A stretch of DNA of 64,000 nt. It comes from Aplysia californica. Taxonomy: Eukaryota. The stretch lies in the NCBI RefSeq assembly GCF_000002075.1, contig NW_004797574.1, positions 633,329 through 697,328 on the forward strand, written 5' to 3'. Below are positions 1 through 12,836 of this stretch, one piece after another; positions within the stretch are counted from its first letter, which is position 1, and every line of letters begins with the position of its first letter. The notes under the pieces are model-generated. The model was not told the DNA's origin and made no database searches. It worked only from the letters and a program-made list of their open reading frames with translations. A program made the translations under genes and the position numbers.

Positions 1-273
1 CCACAACCCAAAGTACAGGAATTTTTTAATACCTTGTCAAACTAATGTTTGTCTTACTCCTGGCTCTAGCACAAGTAGTAATGTTTTTCTAAGGGTAAAC
101 GGGCACTGAGCGACTGTAGGAGCGGTACTTAACGTAGACTGCCACAGTCTGGCTGTTTTTCTCCCTTATAAGCCAGGAGGAAAAAAATTGGCATAGCAAA
201 AACAAAAAACAACAATAAACACCCCCGGCCCCCAAAGGTCGGGGTGACATATTCATCCTGTGTCATCACTTAC

Positions 274-386
274 TCATCTTCAGTGAGAGGTTTGAATTCT
301 GCTGGGTCCTCTGGATATTGCTTCCTACAAGCTGGGCATAAACCATTCTCATCTGTGCGAATTCTATGCCAGCAAAACCGGCAAAT
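274..386 (-). CDS. CNOT4: CNOT4 coding exon 3 (second half of RING finger); gene continues off the left edge
   Basis: Reads ICRFCWHRIRTDENGLCPACRKQYPEDPAEFKPLTED, flanked by CAG acceptor and GTAAGT donor; matches the Not4 C4C4 RING. Confidence 0.95.
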
Positions 387-860
387 CTGAAGAGTAATAA
401 ATATTACAGGTTATCAAGGCGTTAAACTGGAAATTTTTAAACCCAATTTTGGGCTCCCCACAACGTTCTCGAGAAACACACTCCATATTACACCTCTCCA
501 ATGTACTACTGACAAATTAAAGTGACATACTAGCCTAAACACATGAGTCCTCGGCAGTAAAAAGTTTATTAAAATCTAAAATTCTAAAGAAGACTGTGTA
601 ACGTCTTTACCACAGACAGTTTGGATCGATAAAAACAATTTGTCAAAATACAGAATCTCTCACCAAAGAAAGAAATAAAGAGGAAATACCACTGCACTTA
701 TATCTCATATTACGGGAAAGGCATAATTCACGGTTGCATAGAGTACACTAAACATAGCAAACCAAACAATTTTTTCAATGCCTCAAGGCCTATCGCCCAT
801 TATCAGCCATATTGGGAAGGAGAGTGGCCTCAATGTATGGATGAACAGCATCCAACTTAC

Positions 861-929
861 TTGATATCCGCAGGTGCAAGGGAAAAAACTGTGATCATCG
901 ATCTCAAGTGCTTCCATGCACAAAGGACA
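861..929 (-). CDS. CNOT4: CNOT4 coding exon 2 (first half of RING finger)
   Basis: Reads CPLCMEALEIDDHSFFPCTCGYQ; 69 nt, CAG acceptor, GTAAGT donor, phase 0 into the next exon. Confidence 0.95.
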
Positions 930-1215
930 CTGAAAACAAACAAAAAACCCAAAAAATATTTGTATGAAAGCTGAAAGTTTTTTTCTTCACAAATACGCTA
1001 TGAAAACACAATTAGCATATAATATATAGAGAGAGAGCAAGGCGACAAGTCAAAGTAGAATAAAAACAAATATTGTATCACCAAAATGACAACAAATTAA
1101 AGTCATTTCTTTTCACAAGAAAATCTATAATTTAAAAAAAGCCTCAAGACAAGAACAAGTATAGAACGAATAGAAGGAAGATGAATAAGCAGCATACCAC
1201 CACAATACAACACTA

Positions 1216-2020
1216 CAGTGGAACTCGGATTTATCGAGCTCGGATTCAACGAGATGAGATAGATTCCCCGGTTTTTTTCTTCTTTAAAGTCAATAAAAAT
1301 AACCTGGATTCAACGAGCACTTAAATCTGCGAGCTCGCTTCCAGGGTGAACTGCCCCCGCAGACGTGGCTTAGCTCATTTTTCTCCCAGAACGAACTTTA
1401 TCTATTCCCGGAAACCATCCATTGCAACTGCATCGTGAACCATTATTCGCTTAGCCGATTGCATGCGACCAATCAGCTGCCTGTTTTTTCATACGAACAC
1501 ATGCGTTGTTGGCTCGCGCACGCGTCTACTCTGGCGTGTGTCGGAGTCGGATGGGCGGCCTGCACACATGTGACTGTGTGTGTGTCTCGGGGAGGTAGGG
1601 GGGCGCACTAGCGATCCGGGCATTGAACGTTGCAGATACAAACGCGTCAGTCTTTTCCCCCCCTTGGCAACTGATCATTATTACAATGATAAACTAGTCT
1701 TGACGTAGATCTTCGTAATGAATTGTGTGCTTGTCTATGAAATCAAAAGTTGCTGTTATGTTAGGATCTACACAGCAACACATCTTTGTGGTAAACAATC
1801 GAGATGACACAGGAATGCATTTGAACGAGTCAGTCTCTTTCTTTTACACAACTCATAATATTCTGGCATTTCAGGCACTATTTGTGACTTCTCTTTATAT
1901 ATTACTTGCTCAGTGCCTGTAATTATCTACACAAAACCTCATGTTTGCTATAACGAACACTCGGATTCAACGAGATTTTAGGTTTAGGCCCAGCGACCCC
2001 GTTGAATCCGAGCTCCACTG
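1216..2020. mobile_element. Non-autonomous Tc1/mariner-pogo-like MITE, family A
   Basis: Ends CAGTGGAACTCGGATT...AATCCGAGCTCCACTG with TA on both sides; homologous inverted copy at 5206-6047. Confidence 0.85.
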
Positions 2021-2182
2021 TATCAATCATTACTACATTGCACAATCACAATGAGCTCGAACTTTAAAAAAAAAAGCCCCTGGCGGCATTTATCTAGATC
2101 TATGCAATGCACACTATACGGCTATACGAGCATTTAGCTGCTAAATCATCCTAGAAATATTCCACATCAGAGATGTACTCAC

Positions 2183-2203
2183 TTCCGCTGGTTCATCAGA
2201 CAT
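2183..2203 (-). CDS. CNOT4: CNOT4 coding exon 1 (MSDEPAE); whole exon 2183-2244 includes 5' UTR
   Basis: ATG at 2203-2201, GTGAGT donor, CAG acceptor at 2247-2245; joins in phase 0 to CPLC. Confidence 0.8.
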
Positions 2204-3536
2204 TATTGATTGGACAGCAAGTAGAAAGCAATACTGTGTGGAACCTGTGGGAGAACAATGTACAAAAATATAGGCCCAAGTCTGACTTGCAGGATCACCA
2301 TTCTTCACCTATAAATTATGTGTAGCCTAATGAGAAACCCATGGCATAGCACAGAATCTCCAGGATATGTTTCTGTAAGTCATTCAGGAATGAGACTTGC
2401 GACAAAACATTTTTTGTCCATGATATATAAATAGATCTAGATTTAGATCTAGATATCTAGACCTTAAGTTTTAACGCAAAGTACAAGTACGGCTAGCCAT
2501 GCCATACTTAACACCTTTGCCACCTCATCTCGCCGATTGGCGATGTTTACCACTCAGTTTCTTTGGATTTCCCCAAAATATGATGGCAAAGTGTCAAGCT
2601 AGCCATACTTAAGGACGGCTGGACTGTTAGGCAAACCGTACACAGCTCTAGCCACTTCAGACTCGAGCTGAGAATTATAAACTTTTTAACACGAATGAAG
2701 AAAGTGCAAGAGAGAGCACCACAGTCACAGTACTGAAAAGTGATGCCTTGCCTTATTTTTTTAGAATAAAATTTCAACAGGTCACAGTCGCAAGCCAAGC
2801 TAGCCCTGACCCTGTCGTGCCCTATCTATAGACTATATAGATCTACACACAATACTATGCCTACCCAACTCAAGTAAACCTACTCACTGTGATTGGTAGC
2901 CAACACCCTATTTGATCTATTATTCCCATTTTCTTCTGATCTGAATAATCTGATGAGCAAAGGGAACCAACTTGGAAATGAACTTGATACAATTTAATGC
3001 AATCAAAGGGCATACCAATCAAAGCTACAAATAAAACTGCTGAGAACAAAATGTCACATCTAATGTCAAATGACTGAACAATACTGTCACTGTCACAGTT
3101 ACACAGCTTTCCAATTTCTGTCCTGGTGTTATTTACCCGACGGCAGAGAACAGAAAGTGGAAGGAAAAAGTTGCAAGATCTAGGGAGATCACAATATAAC
3201 ACACATGATGTTCAAAACAAATACCACACCAAAAGACGAAATGATCTCATAGATTTACGGGTAAAGTTTCCAAGTAATTGAACAAATCTAAAGAAATGAC
3301 GACTTGTGACTGTTCATGGGATCTCGAGAACCATGAAAAGACAACTTGTCTTAGACCTGTATGTGGGCAGAGACCTGTCAATGGATTCAAGATCAGCAAG
3401 GACAGTCCCGAACCTCGAGGACATGGACACTACCCTAAGCCCCTGTTCATGGGAATATTGGTCATGGCAGTATTTGGGGATATTAAAAGACTCCAGACCA
3501 AGATTATACGGTTAACCATCACCACCCAAAACTTAC

Positions 3537-3590
3537 TCCGAAATTTTTCTCAGCTTTTCCTGTGAAGCTCTCAACGACGACACTAATGCT
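3537..3590 (-). other. CNOT4: Probable non-coding first exon of CNOT4 (5' end approximate)
   Basis: Consensus donor GA|GTAAGT at 3536-3531, directly beside the promoter motifs. Confidence 0.55.
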
Positions 3591-3765
3591 AAAGCGCATG
3601 CGTCAACCTAAATTGCCCGGATGAGGATGAGGTAATCTCGCGTTACACTATGAGAATTCCAGTCGATCTTCCATTGTAATTGTAAACATTTCATTCACTA
3701 GCTAGCCTAGGCTACTCAGGTTCTGCCAAACCGCTAGATCTAGAAATCTAGATCATTCGTTTGCC
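3590..3765. promoter_or_regulatory. Bidirectional promoter shared by CNOT4 and SCNM1
   Basis: NRF1-like GCGCATGCG 3594-3602, ETS-like CCGGATG 3617-3623 and TCTCGCG 3636-3642 between two divergent first exons. Confidence 0.65.
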
Positions 3766-3816
3766 ATGTCTTTCAAAAGAGAGGGAAATGACACGCACCT
3801 TTTGGATACCTTAAGA
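3766..3816 (+). CDS. SCNM1: SCNM1 (sodium channel modifier 1, minor-spliceosome zinc-finger protein) exon 1
   Basis: MSFKREGNDTHLLDTLR matches the conserved SCNM1 N-terminus MSFKREGDD; GTATGT donor. Confidence 0.92.
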
Positions 3817-4086
3817 GTATGTTGTTGTTTTTTGTATCTCCCAATGAATGATTTGTTTCCTGCAGATCCACTGAAGTTCTACTTCCATTCAGAATCAGAG
3901 TCGCGTGTGACCCGGACCGAAATTGAAAACGAAAGTAGAAACTCCAGTCAGTCCCCGAAAACTGTCTTTTTTTGTTAATGTTTGTTTCTTTTTCTATGGC
4001 CTGCGATATTCTGAAAATAACTTGACTTTTGTTTCTAGATCTAATCTAGGGTTAGAAATAGAAGAAGAAGGCTATTGAATCAGAAA

Positions 4087-4528
4087 GTGGCTATTCTCAC
4101 CCGCCCGGAAGTTCTTGCAACATCAACTCCTCCCCTCTTCTCTCTCTCTGTCTCTTTCTGAATACTGTCTATCGGTGTGGACGATCAAATTGACCAAAAC
4201 AAAGTTAAAAAATGATGTTAAAACACAAAAGTAAATTATTTTGGTTGTCTACGAAGATGCTACGGCTATTTAACTTTTCGAATCGAGCCGAACTACGCGG
4301 GTCGCCATTTTGTTTTTCCCGGAAATTCTCGCGCTACTCCTCTCTCTCTTTCTCTCTCTCTCTCCACTGCCCACAGACAAAATTGTACGCTTTTAGTAGG
4401 CTACAGTTGTAATGGAACGTTTGTTCACGGCACAGAATTCTACAATTTTTCTGTTATCACAGTGTAGAATTCTGTGGTTTAGGGTGAACGCAAAATTTGG
4501 TGAACGCGCAGCGGGTGAGAATAGCCAC
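4087..4528. repeat. Segment bounded by an 18-bp perfect inverted repeat, probable MITE
   Basis: GTGGCTATTCTCACCCGC at 4087-4104 and GCGGGTGAGAATAGCCAC at 4511-4528. Confidence 0.55.
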
Positions 4529-4576
4529 AAGACTCGCCTGCACTATTCTCACTCCGGGTGAGAATAGAGGTGGCCT

Positions 4577-4808
4577 TGAAGAATACCGGACCACTCGTAC
4601 ATTATTGTGCGAGAAAGAGGGGTAGGTGGGGCGGGTGGAGGTGGGAGGGGGGGTTCAGGGGGGTCTCCCCCCTGACCAAAATTTAATGAATAGATCTACC
4701 GGTCCAAGATTCTCCATTGAGAGATATTAAAAACGGGAAAATTATGAATTTCTAAGGTTGAGACATAGGCAAAGTCAGTCCGCTGGTCCGGTATTCTTCA
4801 ATCTTACC
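4577..4808. mobile_element. Merlin-like MITE, left end clipped
   Basis: TTGAAGAATACCGGACCA...TGGTCCGGTATTCTTCAATCTTACC; near-identical to 35916-36210. Confidence 0.7.
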
Positions 4809-4869
4809 ATAACCGTTTGTTTCGTTTCGAAGTGATCATTAAAGTATTACCCAGACATAGAATTCATCT

Positions 4870-6100
4870 TTGACCCCCCGGAGCAGTTGCCACTGACTGA
4901 GGTGTCTTTAGGCCATTCCCAAAGGGGGGACATATCTCGTTCAAACATAGTAGAATTGTAAATGGGCTGACTCATGTCACGCTCATAACTGTGCCTGATC
5001 TACAACAGGGAACTGCTGCTTTTTCTTTCCTGATCCTTACTATTGTCATTTTCCTCTACTTCTTTGTATGTTTGTCACTCCCTTGTGACCTGCTATTTTT
5101 GGGTGCCTTGATAGTCGAAGCAGACCTTGTGCTGTTGAAGCTAGAGAGGTGAGTCTGATTCCCTGTAAAGACTTCTCTGTTGACACCCACCCATTGGCGC
5201 TTATACAGTGGACTCGGATTCAACGAGGTCGCCGGGCCTGACCTAAAATCTTGTTGAAACCGAGTGTTCGTTATAGCAAACATGAGGTTTTGTGTAGATA
5301 ATTACAGGCACTGAGAAAGTAATCATGTATAAAGAGAAGTCACAAGTAGTGCCTGAAATGCCTGCATATTATGAACTGTGTGAAAAAAAAGACTGATTCG
5401 TTCAAATGCACTCCTGTGTCATCTCGATTGTTTACCTCAAAGTTGTGTTGCTGTGAAGAGCCTAGCATAAGGGCAACTTTTGATTTCATAGACCAGCGCA
5501 CAATTCATTACGAAGATCTACGTCAAGACTGGCTTATCATTGTGTAATAATGATCAGTTGCGGAGGGGAAAAAAGACAGTGATGTGTTTGTATCTATCTG
5601 CGATGTTCAACGCCCGGACCGCTAGTGCGCCCCCCCCCCTCCCCGACACACACACACAACCACACGTGAGCAGGCGGCCCATCTGACCCCGACACATGTC
5701 AGAGTAGACTCGTGCGCATGCCAACAACGCATGTGGTGGTATGAAAAAAGGCCGCTGGTTGGTCGCATGCAATCGGCTAAGTGAATAAGGGTTCACGATG
5801 CAGTTGCAATGGACGGTTTCCGGGAATAGATAACGTTCGTTCTGGGAGAAAAATGAGTGAAGCCACGTCTGCGGGGGCTGTTCACCCTGAAAGCGACCTC
5901 GTTGAATCCGAGCTTGCTGATTTAAGTGCTCGTTGAATCCGGGTTATTTTTATTGGTTTTAAAGAAGAAGAAAAACGGGGAATCTATCTCATCTGGTTGA
6001 ATCTGAGTTCTTGTTGAATCCGAGCTCGTTAAATCCGAGTTCCACTGTATGACCTTATGCAGTTGCGAGCACCGTACCGTAAAACCCTCTACTATTAAAA
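4870..6100 (+). mobile_element. Retroposon with LINE-type 3' tail, split by a family A MITE
   Basis: 4870-5205 plus 6048-6100 rejoin into the sequence seen intact at ~47900-48300 and inverted at ~20630-21050. Confidence 0.75.
5206..6047. mobile_element. Family A MITE, inverted relative to 1216-2020
   Basis: CAGTGG...CCACTG termini, TA duplication, body homologous to 1216-2020. Confidence 0.85.
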
Positions 6101-6756
6101 AAAAGAAAATTATCTTTGACTTTCGGGTCAAACTAAAACTAAAGGCTTGTTAGCTATCATACCTTTTTATATATTCGACCCATACCATATTACAGCAATA
6201 TAATCTTCTCATCGGACAGTGGTACTGTCCAACCATGGTTACAAACCTTGACTACCGGACACTGCCACCGTCCAGATATGGTTAAAGAGCTATAAAGCTG
6301 TGCTTTCGATCAGTATAAGGCCAAAACCTGAGATTGCAAACAAAATTATATCTTTGAGCCCTGACCACATGAGGCTACAACAATGCCCCTCTGCCTGAGG
6401 TCCTGAATGATATAATACTAACATTAATATGATCGTCAGAATCACATTCCATATCCCACTCAGTGTAGTCATTGTCATTATTACCAGTATCAAATTCAGA
6501 CATCATAGATTTGTTTGAAGATCTTTCTGAATTTGATGCTGGTAATGTTTTCCGCACGCGTTCTGTCTCAGGCTGGCCAAATTGGGAATGGGGTCACACT
6601 CACCAGTGGCAAGGCATACAGGCAGTTTTATGCACCACCGGTGGCAAGGGCTCAAAGTGTTAACAATCGTGTGTAGGGTAGGCCTAGATTCTATACATCA
6701 ATATGCTTTTTATTTTTAAAGATGTCAGATTCATCTGCACAATTCAGGTTTCAATA

Positions 6757-7518
6757 CAGTGGAGCACGGATTCAACGAGGTCGCCGGGCCTGACCTAAAA
6801 CCTCGCTGAATCCGAGTGTTCGTTATAGCAAACATGAGGTTCTGTGAAGATTATTACCCGCACTGAGCACATAATGTGTAAAGAGCTTGTAACAAGTAGT
6901 GCCTGAAATGCCTGCATATTATGAGTTGTGGAAAAAAAAAAGACAATTCGTTCAAATCACGCCTGTGTCATCTCGATTGTTTGCCAAAAAGTTGTGTTGC
7001 TGTGTAAAGCCTAGCTCACGGCAACTTTTGATTCCATAGACGAGCGCTCAATTCATTACGTAGATCAACGTCAATACTAGCTCATATAATAATGATCAAT
7101 CGCTGAGGGGAAAAAAAGACTGTGACGCGTTTGTATCTGCGTTCAACGCCCGGACCGCTGGTGCCCCCTACCCGACACAGTCACACGTGTGCAGGCCGCC
7201 CATCCGACACACGAATTGCACCCCTACCCCCCTTCCTCACCCGGCGGCAGGACGTTAGTTTAGAGCCGACGGAACCAAACTTGTTAGTTTTGTTTTAAAT
7301 CAGGACTGAGCGGGCAAAGCATTTTCCTTCTTAAACAGGTAAACAGGTAAAACCCCCAGAAGGGAGCGGATTTTTGTTTCCGTTTCCGCGTTGGACAGGT
7401 TTCCGTTTCATACAGGTAATTAAAGAGGAATATATCAAGGGGGGGGGGGGGGGGAGGAGAGATTCCGTCAAGACAGGTTTCCGTTTTACACCGGTTTCCA
7501 TTAAGGCAGGTTCGACTG
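6757..7518. mobile_element. Chimeric MITE: family A left part joined to family B right part
   Basis: 6757-~7210 matches family A; ~7215-7518 is the reverse complement of ~43831-44125; TA at both ends. Confidence 0.7.
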
Positions 7519-10033
7519 TAATTCCTTTTTTAATCCCTGCCAGAGAGAGGCTCACTTATGAAGATTTGAATTTAAGTGTTCCAAATTCTTGGGGGAGGAG
7601 AATGATTACTGGCCGAAGGCTCCACTAACAAGGCTTTTGTTAATGTGATATCGCTTGCACCACCGGGAAAACGGTCATTTCATCTCACTGTCATCTCGTC
7701 ACACCTGTTTTATGTGTGGCAAAATGACTTTGCTTGTCTCTCCAAGATTGTATGCTAGTAGAGTTTTGGAGGATCAGTGCCAAAAGTCTTTGTTCTAAAT
7801 CACCAAATCAAGCTCATAATTGTTGGGCCATGCCCTCTTGTTTTTAAGTTATTTAAGCCTAAAACCGCCCCCCCTCCCACCTATAAAAACAAGTCAACAA
7901 AACTCACCCAGTTATGAACGGTGTAGCTGTTCAGGTAGGCATGGCAACTCTCACACGCACACCACCCAAACCCCCCCCCCCCAACAAAAAAATCGTGATT
8001 TACCTTTGCCATGACAATGCGTGTTTGATGTTAGCAAGTGTGTGACAAAATGACGGTCTCCATTCAACCTTGTGGATTTGAGATGTGACGAGATGACTGT
8101 GACGTTTTGACTGCACCGGTGTGACGAAATGGCTGGTACTCAACCACCGTTATTTGATAAAAGGCAGCCGGTATTTTCATGACATGTCATGGAAATAAAA
8201 TCTTTGCGCTTTTTCATGACCTGTTGTGGAAAAAAAGCTTGGCGATGTCTTCGACAAGTCGTGAAAACGTGCCTAGCTATATTATGCCCGCTCTTACCAC
8301 AGGGGTCTAGGCCTATTAGCTAAAATACAATTTTTTTCGGTAGATCTAGATCTAGTTTCCGATTTTGGACCTGTTCTACCGCCATTCCGATTAAGGTGTC
8401 AAAAATACCGGATTTGCGATGGGTGCCGAGAGTGCTTTCAACTTTCCCCTGCGAAACCCGTAGCCTCCATCCCGAAATTCTGTACTTGCTGCTTCATATG
8501 CTGCACTGTGTGTTGTTGTTTTTGTAAGAGAGAGAGGGGGAGGGGGGGCACTTGCCTTTCTAGCTTCTTGGACTGTCAGTCTAGAATCTAACCCTCAGCA
8601 GTAAGTTGCAGGCCTATTTGCACACACTTTTTTTTTTTTTAAAGTTTAAAAAAATGTGCATGTTTGTCTCAGTAGGCTTGAGTAGGCCTAGATTCTAGGT
8701 CTGGCCAATGCCAGCAATCGTTCGAACCGCCACTTAGCCAGAGTGAGAGGGGTTTCTGAAAGTAAGGCGTAAGCCTTACTAAGGTGGACTCAAGATCTAG
8801 CCTTGAATGAAAATGTCAAGCTATATAATAATATGTTTTCAACCCTCTAAATTGATGTTACAAATAAAATATACCACCAGGAAACTATAAAATCAAGACT
8901 TAATGCAGTGTCTTTGATGTGTCTCTGCTCATGCTGTCGTAGCTTCCATTGTATTTATAAATCAAGAACAGGTTGAAGTACTGCCACTCCTTTGGGTAGT
9001 GTTTCGACTCGTCTTTGATTTTCTCATTCTAGGCGGTGACTGATTTGGAGGATTTTTTTCTGAAAACATACTTTGTAGGTTACAGTAGTATAAATCCTAA
9101 ATTCTTCCTCAAACTCATGATACAATTTTAAAATTTGTCCCACTTCGAAGGGATGGTGATTTGCATCCGCAATTCTTAGGGAGGGTGAGAGAGAGAGAGA
9201 AAAGCATGGCCAGGACAGAGAGTCTACTATTTATATATGTTCTGTGCAATGTACCGATTGGCGCAATCTTATGCGCTGCATGTTTTAACGATCGTATGAT
9301 TGGGCGGCAATCTTAAGATTGCGCTGCGCATTTTAACTATCGTATAATTATATCATTCTCGTGAGCTCTTCAGTTTTATATTTTAATTTTAATTTTTTTA
9401 TTTTAATGCTTTTGAAAATATACATGAATGTTCCTTGATGTGAGTAAAAAAAGAATAAAGATGGAAGTGAATTTTTTTATTTTTTTTTAATATAAAATAA
9501 ATCACATGTACTTTGTAAACTTTGAGTTTGATGCCTGGCCTTGTATCATTCTTGTTAGCTCTTCAGTTTCAAACGTTTTTTAATTTTAATTTTCACATTT
9601 TTACACTTTTGAACATATGTGTGAATGTTCCTTAATGTGAGTAAAAGTAAAAGAATAAAGATAGAAGTGAATTGTGAATTGGGGGGGGGCTTATTTAGAA
9701 AATATAAAATATTAACGCAATCTTCTGATTGCCCCGCAATTATACTACTGTTAAGACGCGCAGCGCAATCTTATGCTGGTGAATTTGTTTGAGTTTTTTA
9801 GTGACAAGGGAGATTTGTTATAAAAAGGGGTCTCTTTTTGCCTGTATACGGTAACTTGTAACAGTGCAAGATTTTTGCTAATAATTCTGTTTGTACAAAA
9901 TTGCCTAAATATTATGTATTCTTGAGATTTATAATTAAGCTTAAGTGGTGGAGTTTTGATATTGATGCTAAATTTTTGTGCTTTTTCAGTCATTTTAAAT
10001 TATTTTTGCACATTTGTTTTCATATTTTGATAG

Positions 10034-10104
10034 AAACGAAGGATCAAGGATCTATTTTCAGAGGACATCCCTGAGGATGAGGCAAAACTCTTGTGCAATG
10101 GAAG
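10034..10104 (+). CDS. SCNM1: SCNM1 exon 2
   Basis: KRRIKDLFSEDIPEDEAKLLCNG(R); TAG acceptor, GTATGT donor; resembles KRRVGDLLASYIPEDEALMLRDGR of vertebrate SCNM1. Confidence 0.93.
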
Positions 10105-10262
10105 GTATGTGTTTCAGAATGGTAAAATTGAATTTCAAGGTTTGTCCCACACTGTCTAGTCAAATCATTTCACAGGAACAGTGCGAGCCAGCCAATCCAT
10201 CAACCATTGATTTCTGAGTGCTGCCAGGAGACTTGCTGTGTTCCCTTACTGTCAACAAAGTA

Positions 10263-11075
10263 CAGTCAAACCTGCCCTGACGGCCACCTCTATAAGACGG
10301 CCACCTGTACAAATGGCCACTTTCCGTTTCCCCCCTTGCGTTTTTTCTATATAATTTAACTGTGTAAAACGGGCACCTGTCCAACGCGGCCGCGGCCACC
10401 TTATTTCAACACACAACCCCTATCACACTAAGCAATAACACCCGTCTAAGACGGCCACCTTAGTGACTCCATTTCGTTTAGTCATTAATTGTGCTTTGGC
10501 CCCTGGCGTTGTGGGCAAGCCGTCATAATTCAATCCCCTGTCGCTGTTGTTAGGTAGTCTCTCCAACCGATCATGTTGCGTAGGCCCCTCCTACTGTTGA
10601 CCAATAGCTACCAATTTTCAGCTGCTGGTGAGGTAAGCGTGTGATCCCTCATAACCCATATGCCCCACCCAGAACTTAAACACAAATCGTAAGCGAGATG
10701 AGTGGTCACTGTTTACCCAGTCTGTTACAAAGTAACAAAGAACGTCAACATGAACTTGTGACAGAAACGTCACTTGTTCTCCGAGTGGTGGCGACCCAGG
10801 AGTTTGTTTTTACTTCGCACTCGGTCTTCCTTGTCTAATACATTTCGTTTTATTGTCACCCTTTTGCGAAATCAGCAACAAAATAAAAATTACAAACAAA
10901 ATACAAACCACCACCACCAACAACAACAAAAACAATGCGGCTACTTTCGATTGGGACCTCTGATAGGAATAATTTGTTTTCTTCTTCTTGATCAGTCCTG
11001 CCTAAGACGGCCACCTGTCTTATACGGCCACTTTTCTTCTTGACAATGGGTGGCCGTCTTACACAGGTTTGACTG
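10263..11075. mobile_element. Tc1/mariner-pogo-like MITE, family C
   Basis: CAGTCAAACCTG...CAGGTTTGACTG termini, TA duplication, repeated GACGGCCACC sub-terminal motifs; relics at ~42227-42350 and ~45670-45810. Confidence 0.85.
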
Positions 11076-11929
11076 TACTACAAAACCTTTACTTAAAAAG
11101 TTAATGCTTTAACAAAAGCAACGAACAGCTTAGTAATGAACTCTCTTTTGATGAATAAATTTATCATTTTAAAAACTTGTAGGTTCACAAGAATTTATCA
11201 GTGTTACGCTTATTTTGTTAAGTTGTCACAAAATGTTTCTGATCCTGTTGTGCACTACGACACATGTGTCAAGGATTGTAATTATTTAATACCTTATTTT
11301 AGAAGACATGGGCTAGTTTTCAATCTGAAGTGATGATTACTGTACTTTTTAACCTTCTTCTATTGCTATAATTAAATGTGAGGCAAATACATTCTCAGAC
11401 TTAACTACTCAACACTTTAAAATAAGCTTCCTCTCTGCTGTCTCAAAAGGCAATCAAATATAGACCTACAAACACCTCATAATTATATGACACCCAAAAT
11501 ATGTGTTAACCTCTATAAATTGAAAAATGCCATTGCAAAATATCTCTTGATATGTGTATTCTTAAATGATTTCCAGGTTTCTATGTCAGATAGCCTAATT
11601 GGGGGGGGGGGGGGGGGGGTGTTTGTCTTTCGCAGTATTGCGGATCAGGCCACTTTTTGACCCTGGGTCACCTACATACCGATACCTACTGGGGCTAGGG
11701 AGAGGGGATGGGGCATGGGACAGGAACAGAAGAAAGAGAAAAACTGGATGGTCTGTCATTGGACGTGCTCATGTACTATCTTCCATGCATGAAATATCAA
11801 TATCATATCAGTGCTTGTACCGTAGATGATTTTGATAACACATGATTAAAGATTGCCCATCTCGACCTTATTCAGTATCTTATTCCTATTATTAGTATCA
11901 ATGTCAGCTTTGCTTGTTATGTGAAATCT

Positions 11930-12150
11930 GAGACTGGTTGCTTTTGTGAGGCTCCTCTTCACTTTACTGGCAAAAGAAGTTAGTGGGTGGTTGGCGGGTG
12001 CTCTGGTCTGGTTTGCTCCTTCTTTCCTATCAAGCATCTATCATCCTGATTTCTCCTCCTTCTTTTTTGTGTTTGTTACTCTCTTGTAACACCTCTAATC
12101 TTCGGCACTTATATGACCTTATTGTGTTGCCAGTGCTTTAAAACTCTTAC
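11930..12150 (+). mobile_element. Abundant short retroposon 3' end (GTGGTTGGCGGGTGCT family)
   Basis: Recurs at ~12995-13160(-), 13345-13470, 20407-20550, 24405-24640(-), 48420-48597, 58905-59083 and 61538-61720; the better-preserved copies end GCACTTATATGACCTTATTGTGTTGCAAGTGC...AAAACTCTTAC. Confidence 0.75.
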
Positions 12151-12747
12151 GAAAAAAAACAAGGAAAAAAAAGCTGAGTTTGATTCTCACTCTGAAAAAG
12201 TGGGGGGGGGTTTTGGTGGATTTTTTTTTTTGGGGGGGGGGGGGGTTATGATATATCCATCTTTTTGTTTGTGTCTAGTATCCCAAATAATAAGAATTTA
12301 GTACTTTTCAAATTCATGGTTTTTGTTTTGTTTTTTTGTGGCCAGAAATTGATTATTTTTTGCCTGGTTTTAATTGAATTTTGATCAGTGTGACCTATCC
12401 CTGGTTTTCACAAGCCATCACATACTTGATCATACAGTGTATATCATTCTGACATACATTGTTGTGCAATTGCTGACTTGTTTTGCTTGTTTTGTTTTAC
12501 TATCTAGATTGATCTGTGTCAACTTATAAATTTGGTCCATGTGTATTTTGTTCAGAGGATTGTTGGAGGGGGCAGCTGGTAGATATTATATATATAGGTC
12601 CTTTCTCTCTCCCCCCCCCCCCCCCCACTATTATTATGTTTGTCTATCTCACTTTTTCCATTCACCAAATGGCTGTCATTGTTATTTTGTACATGTATTT
12701 GTGTTTACTCTAATAACCAAGTATTCTTACACCACATCATTTCTTAG

Positions 12748-12836
12748 GTTTACCTGCATGGTCTGCCCAAGTCGTCCCATCTTTGATACCGTTTGCATGC
12801 TGGGAGTTCACCGCAAAGGGAAAAAACATCTACAAT
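12748..12836 (+). CDS. SCNM1: SCNM1 exon 3 (matrin-type C2H2 zinc finger)
   Basis: FTCMVCPSRPIFDTVCMLGVHRKGKKHLQ with CxxC...H...GKKH; TAG acceptor, GTAAGT donor. Confidence 0.95.
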
